The notes under the pieces: generated by a model | The model's input: only the letters and a program-made list of their open reading frames with translations | Databases searched by the model: none | What the model was told of the DNA's origin: nothing | NCBI GenBank assembly: GCA_963744145.1 | Contig: CAVUSO010000001.1 | Span: 3,232,001 to 3,296,000 of the forward strand | Source: an uncultured cyanobacterium | Lineage (GTDB): Bacteria; Cyanobacteriota; Cyanobacteriia; Cyanobacteriales; CAWUOF01 | Length of the DNA stretch: 64,000 nt | Reading direction: 5' to 3' | Shown here: positions 1 to 12,803 of the stretch, in pieces | Numbering within the stretch: position 1 is the stretch's first letter | Layout: each line of letters begins with the position of its first letter | Program-made: the position numbers and the translations under genes

Positions 1-368
1 GGACGATTTAACATCCCGCGATCGCGACGACGACGATTGACCTCAATCCCAGCTTCCTGGGCTGCTTTAGCGATCGCTTCTATACCAGCCCCATGTTGAC
101 CATCAGTAAAAAAAGGCAGATCTCCTTGAGTGTGAAACCAAGATTGCCATACCTTGCGAGTTGCTGAGGAAATCATATCTAAACGATTAACCACCAACAC
201 CCTAGCTTTATTACCGATCCACTCAGACACTAAAGGATGTTGGGTAGCAAGAGGAATCCGAGCATCACGCACTTCCAAAATTACATCAACCAGCTTTAAC
301 TGTTCCTTGAGTTTCTTTTCAGCTTTAGCAATATGACCGGGATACCATTGAATCGCAGGACTATTCAT
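1..368 (-). CDS. ylqF: Ribosome biogenesis GTPase YlqF/RbgA, N-terminal part (runs off window edge)
   Basis: Manual translation from ATG at 368: MNSPAIQWYPGHIAKAEKKLKEQLKLVDVILEVRDARIP, the RbgA N-terminal signature; absent from the ORF track. Confidence 0.92.
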   Translation of the reverse strand, partial: MNSPAIQWYPGHIAKAEKKLKEQLKLVDVILEVRDARIPLATQHPLVSEWIGNKARVLVVNRLDMISSATRKVWQSWFHTQGDLPFFTDGQHGAGIEAIAKAAQEAGIEVNRRRRDRGMLNR

Positions 369-469
369 GAATAAGATTTTCCATAATAAGAATCAATTAT
401 ATACTGCGAGAATGGTGAATATGGCCATTGTTCATGGTTTTGACCAATGAACAATGAACCAAACAATGA

Positions 470-898
470 TTAAGGCACAATCAACACAGGACAGGGAGAT
501 AGGTTAATCACTCGATTAGTGACGCTTTCCGCAACACCTTCTTCAGTTAAACCCATACCCCGACAGCCCATAATAATTAACTCTGCCCCAATTTCGTCAG
601 CAACATCACAAATAGTAAACGCAGGTTTACCTTGACGTTCAATCGTCTCCGCTTTGATCCCTTGTTGACTAAACATTCCTTGGGCTGTGGTGAGCAATTG
701 TGCAGTCAGGGAAGTCACATCAGTCGCACTTTTTTCACCAGAAGTAGATGGGACTTCTTCGCCTGGGGCTGACTGGGATTCAACTACAGACAGAATGATT
801 AAGCGACTGCTGTAAGTTTTGACAATATTGACAACTGTCTCAGCAGCTTCGCGGGATTCTCGGCTTTGATCAATGGGAAAAAGAACTGTTTTGAACAT
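470..898 (-). CDS. Universal stress protein (USP)
   Basis: MFKTVLFPID start and ELIIMGCRGMG...SVTNRVINLSPCPVLIVP USP motif; start moved to ATG at 898. Confidence 0.9.
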   Translation of the reverse strand: MFKTVLFPIDQSRESREAAETVVNIVKTYSSRLIILSVVESQSAPGEEVPSTSGEKSATDVTSLTAQLLTTAQGMFSQQGIKAETIERQGKPAFTICDVADEIGAELIIMGCRGMGLTEEGVAESVTNRVINLSPCPVLIVP

Positions 899-1076
899 AT
901 CAGGCACCATTAAAACCCTTATTTTTATTAAACGCGAACTTGTGACCCACCCGGTCACTTTCGTTTTATCTCTCTATAATCTGCGGGTTTTGCTTCATAA
1001 CACTACTTAACAGCTACAGGTTGCACTCCAATTTAAGGGAAAATGTGTCACAGAACGTATTTAGGAGATTGATTCT

Positions 1077-2279
1077 GTGCCCAAAAAAACTGTAGCAAAT
1101 TTGTCAGCATCCGATTTAACTGGTAAGCGGGTTCTTGTCCGTGCTGATTTTAATGTCCCTCTGGATGATGCTGGTCAGATTACTGATGATACTCGGATTC
1201 GTGCCGCATTACCAACCATTCAATACCTCACCTCTCATGGGGCTAAGGTCATTTTATGCAGCCATTTTGGACGTCCCAAGGGCGTTGATGAGAAGTTACG
1301 TTTGACCCCAGTTGCTAAACGCTTGTCGGAATTATTGGGTAAACCAGTAGTTAAGTGCGATGACTGTATTGGGGAAAAAGTAACTGAACAAATTGGGAAA
1401 TTACAAAATGGTGAAGTTGCTTTGCTCGAAAATGTCCGTTTTCATAAAGAAGAAGAGCAAAATGACCCTGAATTTGCCAAAAAGCTAGCTTCCATAGCTG
1501 ATTTGTATGTCAATGATGCTTTTGGGACTGCTCACCGCGCTCATGCTTCCACGGAAGGGGTAACTCATTATCTCAGTCCTTCAGTGGGTGGGTACTTGAT
1601 GGAAAAAGAATTGCAGTATCTCCAAGCTGCGATCGAAAATCCGCAACGTCCTTTAGCAGCTATTATTGGTGGTTCTAAGGTTTCGAGCAAAATTGGTGTG
1701 ATTGAAACTTTATTGGAGAAGGTAGATAAACTGCTGATTGGTGGTGGAATGATTTTTACCTTCTATCAAGCTCGTGGTTTGAAAGTTGGTAAGTCTTTGG
1801 TGGAAGATGATAAGCTAGAATTGGCTAAGTCTCTCGAAGCTAAAGCGAAGGAGAAGGGTGTTACACTACTTTTACCTACTGATGTAGTAGTTGCAGATAA
1901 ATTCGCCCCCGATGCTAATTCCCAAACTGTTAGCATTGAAAACATTCCTGATGGTTGGATGGGTTTGGATATTGGACCTGAATCAGTGAAAGTATTTCAA
2001 GGTGCGTTAGCAGATTGCAAATCTGTCCTATGGAACGGTCCGATGGGTGTGTTTGAGTTCGATAAGTTTGCTGTCGGAACAGATGCGATCGCACATACTC
2101 TCGCCAATTTGACTAAAACTGGCACTTCTACTATTATCGGTGGTGGCGACTCAGTGGCTGCTGTTGAAAAAGTAGGGGTTGCTGACCAAATGAGTCATAT
2201 TTCCACTGGTGGTGGTGCTTCTTTGGAGTTACTCGAAGGTAAGGTACTCCCGGGTGTTGCTGCTCTAGATGATCTCTAA
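1077..2279 (+). CDS. pgk: Phosphoglycerate kinase
   Basis: [28 protein letters not shown] and [15 protein letters not shown] motifs; RBS AGGAG before GTG. Confidence 0.98.
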   Translation: MPKKTVANLSASDLTGKRVLVRADFNVPLDDAGQITDDTRIRAALPTIQYLTSHGAKVILCSHFGRPKGVDEKLRLTPVAKRLSELLGKPVVKCDDCIGEKVTEQIGKLQNGEVALLENVRFHKEEEQNDPEFAKKLASIADLYVNDAFGTAHRAHASTEGVTHYLSPSVGGYLMEKELQYLQAAIENPQRPLAAIIGGSKVSSKIGVIETLLEKVDKLLIGGGMIFTFYQARGLKVGKSLVEDDKLELAKSLEAKAKEKGVTLLLPTDVVVADKFAPDANSQTVSIENIPDGWMGLDIGPESVKVFQGALADCKSVLWNGPMGVFEFDKFAVGTDAIAHTLANLTKTGTSTIIGGGDSVAAVEKVGVADQMSHISTGGGASLELLEGKVLPGVAALDDL

Positions 2280-2592
2280 AAGAGTTTTTCTCTTCTAGTT
2301 TAAACTTTCCGGTTCCCAGCTAAATCCTGGGAACCTTCTGTTCATGCTCCGTGCGGAGTGCAAAGACTAGGATATGCTGCTTCAATCAATCGGGTCAATT
2401 GTTTTTTTAGCGATCGAAGCGATCGCTGCAAGCATAGCATCTCTCTGAAAAACTAGTGATTTTGTACTACATTTTGAATTTAAAAATGGGGGTTAATACT
2501 CTATTTATTTCAAAATGAGAATTGCTGTCTTTTTTCATAGTGTACTTGTCCTTAGGTTGTTCATGCAATTTTATCTGATACAAGGATTATAT

Positions 2593-3156
2593 CTACGAAT
2601 CTGGTAAGGAGTAACAGGTAAATACCGTCCAGCGATCGCCTGGTAAATCATGAGTTGTAGTCAGAGTTAGCTTAGTAAATTGGTTATTCCAGATATAGTC
2701 AGTATCCTGACGAGTTTGATCACTATATCCTGGTTTTACTTTCTGAGCTTTTCCATACTGAGTTTGCATCTCTTTTACCACTTCCTGAGTTTCTGACTGT
2801 GATAAATTCTCAGTAATCAGGAGAATTTGGTTAATCTGGAATCGCTTTTCATCAAAATAAACGGTTATATCTGAACTATTTTGGGAAAAACTAAAATAGA
2901 GCGGACCAGGTTTTGTGATAGTCTTTCTACTATCTTTAAAATCAATATTATCTTGATGTAGTACCTGAGCAGCGTCATCAATTGACATTCCCATCTGTAA
3001 ATTTCTCCATCCGTTAACCGCATCAAAATTTTGGACAATTAGCTCCTGTGCTTGAACGGTTGGCAAATTTGCAGAATTTAGAAATGAGGACAATATTAAT
3101 AGGGTTAACGTGGTGGTAATAACTCGAAACCCGAATGTAAATAAGTTGGTATTCAT
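2593..3156 (-). CDS. Hypothetical exported protein
   Basis: 187-aa ORF with signal-peptide-like N-terminus. Confidence 0.65.
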   Translation of the reverse strand: MNTNLFTFGFRVITTTLTLLILSSFLNSANLPTVQAQELIVQNFDAVNGWRNLQMGMSIDDAAQVLHQDNIDFKDSRKTITKPGPLYFSFSQNSSDITVYFDEKRFQINQILLITENLSQSETQEVVKEMQTQYGKAQKVKPGYSDQTRQDTDYIWNNQFTKLTLTTTHDLPGDRWTVFTCYSLPDS

Positions 3157-3224
3157 TAATAACTTCTAAATCAAAAAATAATTAGCTATTTCAGGTGGTA
3201 TTTCTACCACCCAAACTAGATCAA

Positions 3225-3461
3225 TTATAACTTGCTATGAGCACCATCACAATAGGGAGGATTACCAGTATGCTTACATAAACACAGAGCTACTTTCTTA
3301 GGTTCTGTAATTTCAAAAGCAGTGGGTGTAAATTCGGTTCCTTGGTGCTTACCATCACAATAGGGTTGGTTTTGTGATTGACCACAACTACACCAGTAAT
3401 AAGTCTTGGGTTCTAAATCTAGCACCACGGGTTTGCGATCGACAATTGTGGGGTTGCTCAT
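3225..3461 (-). CDS. CDGSH iron-sulfur domain protein
   Basis: Two CDGSH-type motifs: WCSCGQSQNQPYCDGKH and LCLCKHTGNPPYCDGAH. Confidence 0.92.
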   Translation of the reverse strand: MSNPTIVDRKPVVLDLEPKTYYWCSCGQSQNQPYCDGKHQGTEFTPTAFEITEPKKVALCLCKHTGNPPYCDGAHSKL

Positions 3462-3650
3462 AAATTTTTTGTTACACTAATAACTTAATTGACTGGTTTG
3501 ATTTTAATCAGTATATTTTTGGTTGTAAAGTATGTACTTTTTAGTAACATACTATCCAAATAGATACTTAGACATAAAACGGCGCTACTAAACAAGGGGC
3601 GATCGGATCACCCCTTGCTGATCGCAAAGCAAAAACTACTTCATCAACGG

Positions 3651-4373
3651 CTATTGTGGCCAAGTGATTGCAGCAGTTGATCCTTGATTAGGCATATTTG
3701 TAGTGGATAGCAAAGTATTATTCAACTTAGCATCAGCTAAATTAGCACCAGCTAAATTAGCACCAGCTAAATCAGCACCATTCAAATCAGCACCAGCTAA
3801 ATTAGCACCAGTTAGATCCGCATCTCTGAGGTTAACCCCATTCACATCTAAGGGATAAGCACTACCTTCAATATTAACTGTACGCATACTCGCTAAAGTC
3901 TGACGAGCATTTTTGAGGTTAGCACCGATGAGATTAGCACTTTCCAGGTTAGCCCCAACTAGATTAGCTTCACTCAGATTAGCATTATTGAGATTAGCCA
4001 AAACCAAACCTGCCAAACTAAGATTAGCGCCACTCAAATCTGCATTATTAAGTATAGCACCGTGTAGTTTAGCGCCCATCAGATTAGTATTCTGAAGACT
4101 AGCTCCATCTAGATTAGCATTAACTAGATTTGCTTGATTGAGGTTGGACTGATTGAAGTTAGTGCCCCGGAGATCCGCTCCTTTTAAATCTGCACCAGTT
4201 AGATCGATTCCATTCAACTGTGCACCACTGAGATCGCAACCTCGACAGAGTTTAGTTTGTAACAATTGTTTAAGGTCAGCAGGATTTTCGGCTTTCACTG
4301 GAGTTGTTAGACCAATCATCAGCATTAATACAATAGCCCCTAATATCCCCGACTTCATCTTCCCCTTCCTCAC
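3651..4373 (-). CDS. Pentapeptide repeat protein with signal peptide
   Basis: A(D/N)LxG repeats after LLQTKLCRGCDLSGA. Confidence 0.92.
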   Translation of the reverse strand: MRKGKMKSGILGAIVLMLMIGLTTPVKAENPADLKQLLQTKLCRGCDLSGAQLNGIDLTGADLKGADLRGTNFNQSNLNQANLVNANLDGASLQNTNLMGAKLHGAILNNADLSGANLSLAGLVLANLNNANLSEANLVGANLESANLIGANLKNARQTLASMRTVNIEGSAYPLDVNGVNLRDADLTGANLAGADLNGADLAGANLAGANLADAKLNNTLLSTTNMPNQGSTAAITWPQ

Positions 4374-4663
4374 ATCACACTATATCTATTATTATCAGAC
4401 ATCTGTCTAGGTTTCCGGGTGATTAAAATTCACGAAGTAATATGACAAAATTGTGCCTGATGACTGATTTTAAACACTTAAAAACAGTGAGTGGTGTCTT
4501 CGATTTATGTAACATCAGTCATTGACAATCTACTACAGACATGATATGCTCTATGACAAAAGTTACACTATTATATCTAAAATTTGGCCAAAAGTGACGA
4601 TTATTAAGATATGTATACTCCACAACCGACAGATTTATGTTAAAGTAACAGGTGTGAATTAGA

Positions 4664-4770
4664 TTCGGTTGTAGATTTTGTTGAGTGTTACAGATTCCCA
4701 GATCACGTATCCGTCTGTATCGACAGACATATCTCCGAACCTGAGTCGCTCGTTGATTAAAGGAGGTATT
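4664..4770 (+). promoter_or_regulatory. Conserved 5'-UTR boxes and RBS of cold-regulated cyanobacterial rbp genes
   Basis: TTCGGTTG (4664), TTTTGTTGAGT (~4676), TCTCCGAA (4732-4739) and GGAGG upstream of rbp; similar to boxes I recall from cyanobacterial rbp leaders. Confidence 0.55.
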
Positions 4771-4772
4771 TC

Positions 4773-5111
4773 ATGTCGATTTATGTAGGTAACTTATCCT
4801 ATGAAGTTACCCAAGAAGACATTACAGCCGTTTTTGCCGAATACGGAACAGTTAAAAGGGTAAATCTGCCCACTGACCGCGAAACAGGACGCTTACGGGG
4901 TTTTGGATTCGTGGAAATGAACACAGAAGCAGAAGAAACAGCAGCGATCGATGCTCTTGATGGAGCTGAATGGATGGGCCGGGATCTGAAAGTGAATAAG
5001 GCCAAACCTCGGGAAGATCGTGGTGGTCGTAGTGGTGGTGGCGGTAACCGAGGTGGTTATAGCGGTACTGGTGGTTATGGTGGTGGGAAATCCTCCCAAA
5101 GACGTTATTAA
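4773..5111 (+). CDS. rbpA: RRM RNA-binding protein with Gly-rich tail (Rbp family)
   Basis: RNP2 IYVGNL, RNP1 RGFGFVEM, Gly-rich C-terminus; paralog letter uncertain. Confidence 0.9.
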   Translation: MSIYVGNLSYEVTQEDITAVFAEYGTVKRVNLPTDRETGRLRGFGFVEMNTEAEETAAIDALDGAEWMGRDLKVNKAKPREDRGGRSGGGGNRGGYSGTGGYGGGKSSQRRY

Positions 5112-5291
5112 ACTTAACCGAAAAGTGATCTGTCAAGCGTGCTGATGATTCTGATCAAGCCCAAACTTGGGATGTTCAGTTCAGATTGCTCTCCCTAGTT
5201 CATCATGTCTAAAGTGGATTAGCTTGATGCACTATTTTAGTGACCGCGAATATCTCCAACAACTCAGTTTTATTAAAAAAAAGGAGCAAGT

Positions 5292-5471
5292 ATGACTCAA
5301 GTAGTATTAGGGGAAAACGAAGGAATTGATTCCGCTCTACGTCGGTTCAAACGTCAAGTTTCGAGAGCCGGGATTTTGGCTGATGTTAAAAGTCGTCGTC
5401 ACTTTGAAACACCGATCGAGAAGCGGAAACGGAAAGCAGTTGCAGCTCGGCGTAAAAGACGTTTTAATTAA
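5292..5471 (+). CDS. rpsU: 30S ribosomal protein S21, copy 1
   Basis: Manual translation: [68 protein letters not shown]; below ORF-track cutoff. Confidence 0.95.
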   Translation: MTQVVLGENEGIDSALRRFKRQVSRAGILADVKSRRHFETPIEKRKRKAVAARRKRRFN

Positions 5472-5664
5472 CCAAGTTTTGCCTCTTGATCTATATTACA
5501 GATAGATTCAGGCGGCTATGGTTACTCACCGACTCCCTGAAAAAACGCCAGACGTAACCTCTAGCTTAACTTATTCATTTGTGTTTGAATAGTTAAGCTT
5601 CCATCAGTTTAGCTAGGTTTTGGGTAGCGGTAAATCAATAACGTTTAGCAAAAAAGGAGTAGAA

Positions 5665-5844
5665 ATGACCCAAGTGGTTCTCGGGGAAAATGAAGGAATT
5701 GACTCAGCATTACGTCGATTCAAGCGCCAAGTCTCTAGATCCGGGATTTTGGCTGATGTCAAGAGTCGTCGTCACTTTGAAACACCCATTGAAAAGCGAA
5801 AACGGAAAGCTAGTGCAGCAAGACGTAAGAGACGTTTTACTTAA
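5665..5844 (+). CDS. rpsU: 30S ribosomal protein S21, copy 2
   Basis: [27 protein letters not shown]...; RBS AAGGAG before ATG at 5665. Confidence 0.95.
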   Translation: MTQVVLGENEGIDSALRRFKRQVSRSGILADVKSRRHFETPIEKRKRKASAARRKRRFT

Positions 5845-5918
5845 CAGAAGCTGATAAAAACATTGCTAAAACAGACTAGATTAAGATTAAGTCTGTAAAA
5901 AAATATTTGGTGCTTATT

Positions 5919-5981
5919 GACAGGCAAGATGCCTGTCCCACCAGGAAAAATCACTTTTGTGGGACGGGCATCTTGCCTGTC
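5919..5981. repeat. Long inverted repeat (REP-like or terminator) between convergent genes
   Basis: GACAGGCAAGATGCCTGTCCCAC ... GTGGGACGGGCATCTTGCCTGTC. Confidence 0.75.
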
Positions 5982-6051
5982 CTATTTATTTTTGCTTTCT
6001 TGTCTAGTCTAGATCAGAATTGTCACTTTAACTTCCACTAGTTCGGTTCGA

Positions 6052-6972
6052 TCAATAAGTTTGATCCCCAGCATAGTTAACCTTCTGAAATTGTAAGTTC
6101 TTCAGTTGAGCTTCTCCCAATAAATATTGGAAAAAATCTAGGGAAACTGCTTTCACCTCAGCTTCCGAGCCATTAAAAAAAATCTCACTTATCCCCAAAG
6201 ATGCCATAGCGATCGCCCTGGAATTGCCCAGAAAATACTGATTTTGGTTAAACTTATATTTATGCTCGCGGAGCTGGCGAAAATTTAAAGCTTCAGCGAT
6301 CGCTAGGCGAATACTCGTTTCCACTTGATCAGGATTAATTAGGGTATGATCAACTAAAATTCCCCCGAGTTCAGTTTTGATAAACTCTTGTAGATGGGTA
6401 ATGTATGAAGTTTGATTATACTCGAATATTGCCGTCGATATGTTCATCCTATATTTTGGTTGACTGAGGTCACGGGAGTCAAATAATAAACCTGAATTAA
6501 TCAGATCACCCACGCGAACTGCGGCCACATTAGCAGTTAAATTAGCTAAACAGCAGTTGGCTGTGATGGCATCTTCTATATTAGTAAATTTCTGATCACG
6601 ATATTCTTGACAAGCCTGAGCTAGCTCTGCTGCCCAGCAGTTATATTTACTATTCCAGAAAGTGGTAAAATCTACTACCGAAGATAACCCCGCCAGAGAG
6701 ATAGCATTAGACAGTGCAGTAATAAAATGACCAAAATTAACTACGCGATCGCTCATTAACACCAACAGATTCAGACCATTAACTAGGAAATTTTTTCCAG
6801 AGAGTATTTCCCATTCATATAACTCTTCCCTGACCGATATTTGGGTATATTGATGCAGAAGATTGGCAATCTGATAAGGGGAATCCTCCGGATTTTGCGA
6901 TTCTATACTCTGGATAAATTGACAAACTTTTTCGAGATTTTGTTTGAGCAAAACCTGATCATTACAATTCAT
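6052..6972 (-). CDS. Hypothetical protein
   Basis: 306-aa ORF, no motif recognised. Confidence 0.7.
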   Translation of the reverse strand: MNCNDQVLLKQNLEKVCQFIQSIESQNPEDSPYQIANLLHQYTQISVREELYEWEILSGKNFLVNGLNLLVLMSDRVVNFGHFITALSNAISLAGLSSVVDFTTFWNSKYNCWAAELAQACQEYRDQKFTNIEDAITANCCLANLTANVAAVRVGDLINSGLLFDSRDLSQPKYRMNISTAIFEYNQTSYITHLQEFIKTELGGILVDHTLINPDQVETSIRLAIAEALNFRQLREHKYKFNQNQYFLGNSRAIAMASLGISEIFFNGSEAEVKAVSLDFFQYLLGEAQLKNLQFQKVNYAGDQTY

Positions 6973-7148
6973 AGTTAGGCAATTAAAAGATTTTCAATAT
7001 TCTCTATACTGTTAGGAGTTATCTTGATCAGGTTATCCAGCCGAAAAAATTAAAATATTCAGAGTCTAAATCGACAATTACCATACTAAACGCTAGGATA
7101 GAAAGTATAGTATCTAAATCGATACTGATCACAATTAAATTTTGTTGA

Positions 7149-8438
<1,290 letters not shown>

Positions 8439-8454
8439 GAAATAAACTGGCTAG

Positions 8455-8484
8455 TGGTAGAGATTTAAATATTTGTCTCTACCA
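8455..8484 (+). terminator. Stem-loop after ahcY
   Basis: TGGTAGAGA...TCTCTACCA followed by TTT. Confidence 0.5.
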
Positions 8485-8556
8485 TTTGCCCAAATCAGCT
8501 TTTTGCTAGAGAGCACTTGTTGCTGATTGTCATCAATTTCTAACTAAACCGATGGG

Positions 8557-9168
8557 ATGAATATTAAAGACTTAATTATTTCTGCTGGCCCAACCTTAGG
8601 ATATCTGCTGATTTGGCTGATTGTTTTTTCTGAATCTGGATTGGTAATCGGATTATTTTTACCTGGAGATAGCTTATTAATGACAGCCGGTATTTTAGCA
8701 TCTCAAAATTTTCTGGATATTCGGGTTCTGTTGTTTGGCTGTGTTGCTGGTGCAATCTTAGGTGACAATGTTGGCTATTTTACGGGTTATCGCTGGGGAC
8801 GTAAGTTATTTGAAAACAAAGATGCTCGGTTCTTTAAAAAAGAATATTTAATTGCTGCCCAAGATTTTTATGAAAAGCATGGCAAAATGGCAATTGTGAT
8901 CGCCCGCTTTGTCCCAGTGGTGCGGACTTTTGCCCCAATTGTGGCGGGCATTAGTGCCATGCGTTATCGCACTTTTATGTTTTACAATATTTGCGGCGGC
9001 TCTCTCTGGACTTTTGGGATGCTTTTGTTCGGATACTTCATTGGCAAAAAAATTCCACCTGACCAGATTGATCATTACCTCTTACCACTAATTGCCTTGG
9101 TGGTGATTATTTCAGGTTTACCTTCAGTTATTCATATTCTTAAAGAGCGTAAATCTAAGAAAAGTTAA
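8557..9168 (+). CDS. DedA/VTT family membrane protein
   Basis: FSESGLVIGLFLPGDSLL and ARFVPVVRTFAPIVAG motifs. Confidence 0.93.
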   Translation: MNIKDLIISAGPTLGYLLIWLIVFSESGLVIGLFLPGDSLLMTAGILASQNFLDIRVLLFGCVAGAILGDNVGYFTGYRWGRKLFENKDARFFKKEYLIAAQDFYEKHGKMAIVIARFVPVVRTFAPIVAGISAMRYRTFMFYNICGGSLWTFGMLLFGYFIGKKIPPDQIDHYLLPLIALVVIISGLPSVIHILKERKSKKS

Positions 9169-9374
9169 GGTTTGATAATTTTTGACAGAATTGATTGAAT
9201 CAGATGAGTTTGCTGATATCGATGAATAAGAATCTAGTCATAATTAAAAATTATTTAACAATGGTTGCTATTCTATAAATATGGTATAATAACGCAACTG
9301 GTTACTTAGTCTTTGAGAAGCCAGTTAAACCTTGAGAAAACTTGACCTATCCTGACCGACGGAGCTTTTCGACC

Positions 9375-9629
9375 ATGAAACTATCACAAATTTTCCGCGC
9401 TGCTATTCTGGGATCACGTCTAGCTGTTTTTGGGTTATTGGTTTCTGTTTCTCCCGTGATCGGAGCCAAAGCTAGTTCAGCTGCACAAATCCCAGTTAGT
9501 GGTAATACTTATCAACAAACCATTATCGCTGAGGATGATACTATGGATGATAGTGGTTCGGATGATACTATGGATGATGGTGGTGATGATGCTGGGGATG
9601 CTGGGGATGATGGTGGTGATGACCAGTAA
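9375..9629 (+). CDS. Small exported protein with Asp/Gly-rich repeat tail
   Basis: MKLSQ start, hydrophobic signal region, DDTMDD/GDDAGD repeats. Confidence 0.6.
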   Translation: MKLSQIFRAAILGSRLAVFGLLVSVSPVIGAKASSAAQIPVSGNTYQQTIIAEDDTMDDSGSDDTMDDGGDDAGDAGDDGGDDQ

Positions 9630-9667
9630 TATTAACTATTCTGGTTTCTGAATAATAGTAATTGATG

Positions 9668-9695
9668 GTAGGGGCGATTGATAAATTGCCCCTAC
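9668..9695. repeat. GTAG-type REP-like palindrome
   Basis: GTAGGGGCGATT...AATTGCCCCTAC between convergent genes. Confidence 0.7.
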
Positions 9696-9732
9696 TGCAT
9701 CAGATCAGAGTTGCTATTGATCAGGATAATTT

Positions 9733-10008
9733 TTAAAGAGCACCAGAACTGGCTAACCCTAAGATAAAGCCAAATCCCAAAATATGGCCTAAACAAGCTG
9801 TAGCAATTAATTGTGGTATACCAAATCCTGTAAATAGAGCTGGTAATCCTGGTAATCCTGGACCGACACCAGGTTGTTGAATCCCATAACGACCGATCAC
9901 TACAGCTAAAAGATTAGAAAGAATCATGACTAAAGCCACATTGAAAGACCAAGCTGGGGTGGTGGGCAATGTACCTGCGGCTACAGCGATTAACAGTGGG
10001 TTAAACAA
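9733..10008 (-). CDS. psaK: Photosystem I reaction centre subunit PsaK
   Basis: PTTPAWS...LIATACLGHILGFGFILGLASSGAL; TTG start 8 nt after AGGAG. Confidence 0.92.
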   Translation of the reverse strand: MFNPLLIAVAAGTLPTTPAWSFNVALVMILSNLLAVVIGRYGIQQPGVGPGLPGLPALFTGFGIPQLIATACLGHILGFGFILGLASSGAL

Positions 10009-10159
10009 GTTTTTATCTCCTAGGAGAATGAATTTGACAAAGGACAGACAAGATGTATGTCCCACATTTATGTTGTGGATTATAAAAAATTCTCAATAAA
10101 TAACTACGATTTGTTTGAATAATTAAAATTACTTAATATTTTGATACAAATTTCTCACC

Positions 10160-10792
10160 ATGCGGATTAAAATTTGTGGGATCACAAAAGCAGAACAAGG
10201 AAAAGCGATCGCCACTCTCGGAGTTACAGCTTTAGGTTTTATTTGTGTACCCACATCACCACGTTACGTCACAGCAGCTCAAATTCGGGTCATTGTGGAA
10301 CAATTACCAAAGCATATAGATCGAATTGGTGTATTTGCCAATGCCAAGATCGAGGAAATTTGTCAAGTAATTGAGCAGAGTAATTTGAATGGGGTACAAC
10401 TCCATGGCAATGAAACTCCTGAATTTTGTCAAAAATTACGCCAATCTCTCACGGAAATAGAAATAATCAAAGCGTTTAGAATCAAGACAATAGAAGATTT
10501 AAGTCAAGTAGAAGCTGATCCAGATAATATTGATACAATACTGCTTGATGCTTATCATCCCCAAAAATTAGGTGGCACAGGAAAAACTATCGATTGGTCA
10601 ATTCTTCAAGATTTTCACCCCAGTTGTCCGTGGTTTCTAGCTGGAGGTTTAAATCCAGATAACGTTATAGAAGCTATAAGTCAAGTTAAGCCGAATGGGA
10701 TTGATATTTCTAGTGGTGTTGAAGCGAGTCCAGGAGATAAGAATCTCGACCAAGTAGCCCAGTTAATGAGATTGCTAATTGCTATTAAATAA
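10160..10792 (+). CDS. trpF: Phosphoribosylanthranilate isomerase
   Basis: [35 protein letters not shown] and DISSGVE. Confidence 0.97.
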   Translation: MRIKICGITKAEQGKAIATLGVTALGFICVPTSPRYVTAAQIRVIVEQLPKHIDRIGVFANAKIEEICQVIEQSNLNGVQLHGNETPEFCQKLRQSLTEIEIIKAFRIKTIEDLSQVEADPDNIDTILLDAYHPQKLGGTGKTIDWSILQDFHPSCPWFLAGGLNPDNVIEAISQVKPNGIDISSGVEASPGDKNLDQVAQLMRLLIAIK

Positions 10793-11516
10793 ATGACGGT
10801 TGATGACGAATCAAATTCAGAAACTCTTCGCGACTTTTTTGCTCTGATTGAAAAGTCCCCATCATCGCGCTAGTAACTGTCCAAGAACCAGGCTTTTGTA
10901 CCCCCCGCATCACCATACACATATGGGTTGCTTCTAACACTACAGCTACACCTTGAGGCTCTAAAACAGTCTGAACTGCTTCAGCAATTTGACGTGTTAA
11001 TCGCTCTTGGACTTGCAAACGACGGGCATACATTTCCACAATGCGGGCTAATTTACTTAGTCCTACCACTTTTTGGTTAGGAATATAGGCAACATGAGCT
11101 TTACCCATAAACGGAAGCATATGGTGTTCACACAGACTAAAAAAGTGGATATCTCTGAGCAACACCATTTCATTATGACCTTCATCAAAAATTGCCCCGT
11201 TCACAATTTTTTCTAAGGATTGAGCATAGCCACTAGTCAGAAACCTCATTGCTTCTGCTACCCGTTTGGGTGTTTTTAGCAGTCCTTCACGCTCCGGATC
11301 TTCTCCTACTCCTAGTAAAAGCTGACGTACTGCCATCATCATCTCCTCGTTGCCGATTTCGGTCTTAGATGGCAACTTGGCTTCACGACCATTTAAAGTA
11401 TTGCGATCGGGTCGAGTTACTAATCTAGTTGGAGCTTCGGTAGGTTCAGCGGTAGCAACATCATCAGTTGCAGGTACTTTTGAACCATTGGAACCATTGA
11501 AAGGAGCAATAGTCAT
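10785..11516 (-). CDS. folE: GTP cyclohydrolase I
   Basis: [31 protein letters not shown] and [11 protein letters not shown]. Confidence 0.97.
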   Translation of the reverse strand: MTIAPFNGSNGSKVPATDDVATAEPTEAPTRLVTRPDRNTLNGREAKLPSKTEIGNEEMMMAVRQLLLGVGEDPEREGLLKTPKRVAEAMRFLTSGYAQSLEKIVNGAIFDEGHNEMVLLRDIHFFSLCEHHMLPFMGKAHVAYIPNQKVVGLSKLARIVEMYARRLQVQERLTRQIAEAVQTVLEPQGVAVVLEATHMCMVMRGVQKPGSWTVTSAMMGTFQSEQKSREEFLNLIRHQPSFI

Positions 11517-11725
11517 GATCGGTTTAGGTGAGAGTGTGGTGGATAGAGCGGAAATAAGATCAGCCTGAATACATTGGCATACACTCGTTAGATTTAGATA
11601 AATAATTTATTGCCAGTCGGCTAAGGTGTTTCTAGTAATTGCCTGATCAATTCCACTACTTGCACCTATAATTATCGAAATTTGTCGCTCCTGATCTTAA
11701 AAAATCTGAGGGATTTAACCAGATT

Positions 11726-12706
11726 TTAAGCAGAAATTTCTGTAAAAACACCAATCCGGCGAAATTTTTGATACCGCAAATCGCGACGCTGTTGGCTCGT
11801 CAGTTGGCTCAGTTCGGCTAAATTGTCGCTGAGTGCTTGTTTGAGAATCGCTGCGGCTTGAAGGGGATCGGCGTGAGCGCCACCTAATGGTTCTGGTAAG
11901 AGACTATCGAGAATCCCGAGATTTTTCAAATCTAGCGCCGTAATTTTTAGGGCTTCAGCCGCTTGAGGTGCTTTACTGGCATCTCGCCAGAGAATAGAAG
12001 CACAAGCTTCAGGGGTAGCTACAGTATAAACGGAATGCTCGAACATTAATAATCGATCGCCCACACCAATTCCTAAAGCACCACCAGAACCACCTTCACC
12101 AATGACGGTACAGATAATCGGTACATCCAGGTGAAACATTTCTCTGAGGTTATAGGCGATCGCTTCTCCCTGTCCTAATTTTTCCGCTTCTACACCTGGA
12201 TAAGCACCGGGGGTATCAATAAATGTCAAAATTGGCATCCCAAATCGATTCCCATGATTCATCAACCGGATCGCTTTGCGGTATCCCCCTGGGGCAGCCA
12301 TCCCAAAGTTGCGAGCGACATTGTCTTTGGTGTCCCGACCTTTTTGATGACCGAGCATCACCACTGGACTTCCAGCCAAACGAGCTATCCCACCGACCAA
12401 GGCTGGATCATCAAAACCACCGCGATCGCCATGTAGTTCCAGCCATTCATCGCTAATAGCTTGAATATAATCAAGGGTACTAGGACGACGGGGATGACGA
12501 GCTAGTTGGAGCCGTTGGGCTGGAGACAAATTACTAAAAATTTCCTGACGGAGTTGCAGTGAGCGGGTTTCGAGCTGACGAATTTCCGCCGATACATCAA
12601 CGCTATTTTCTGCTGCTAGTTCTCGAATTTGCTCAATTCGGGCTTCTAGTTCAGCCAGCGGCTTTTCAAAATCTAATAGTAAGGGTTTGCGATCGGGGTT
12701 AGGCAC
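11726..12706 (-). CDS. accA: Acetyl-CoA carboxylase carboxyltransferase alpha
   Basis: [25 protein letters not shown] and [11 protein letters not shown]. Confidence 0.98.
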   Translation of the reverse strand: MPNPDRKPLLLDFEKPLAELEARIEQIRELAAENSVDVSAEIRQLETRSLQLRQEIFSNLSPAQRLQLARHPRRPSTLDYIQAISDEWLELHGDRGGFDDPALVGGIARLAGSPVVMLGHQKGRDTKDNVARNFGMAAPGGYRKAIRLMNHGNRFGMPILTFIDTPGAYPGVEAEKLGQGEAIAYNLREMFHLDVPIICTVIGEGGSGGALGIGVGDRLLMFEHSVYTVATPEACASILWRDASKAPQAAEALKITALDLKNLGILDSLLPEPLGGAHADPLQAAAILKQALSDNLAELSQLTSQQRRDLRYQKFRRIGVFTEISA

Positions 12707-12803
12707 TTGAGGATAAGACTATTATGGCAGGATGTTCTTCTGAATAGAGCAGGTAATTATGGTTATATATAGCAAGCCAAATGCCTACTATATATAACAA
12801 TTC

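Noticed and set aside
154..336. 60-aa plus-strand ORF
   Set aside because: Antisense to ylqF
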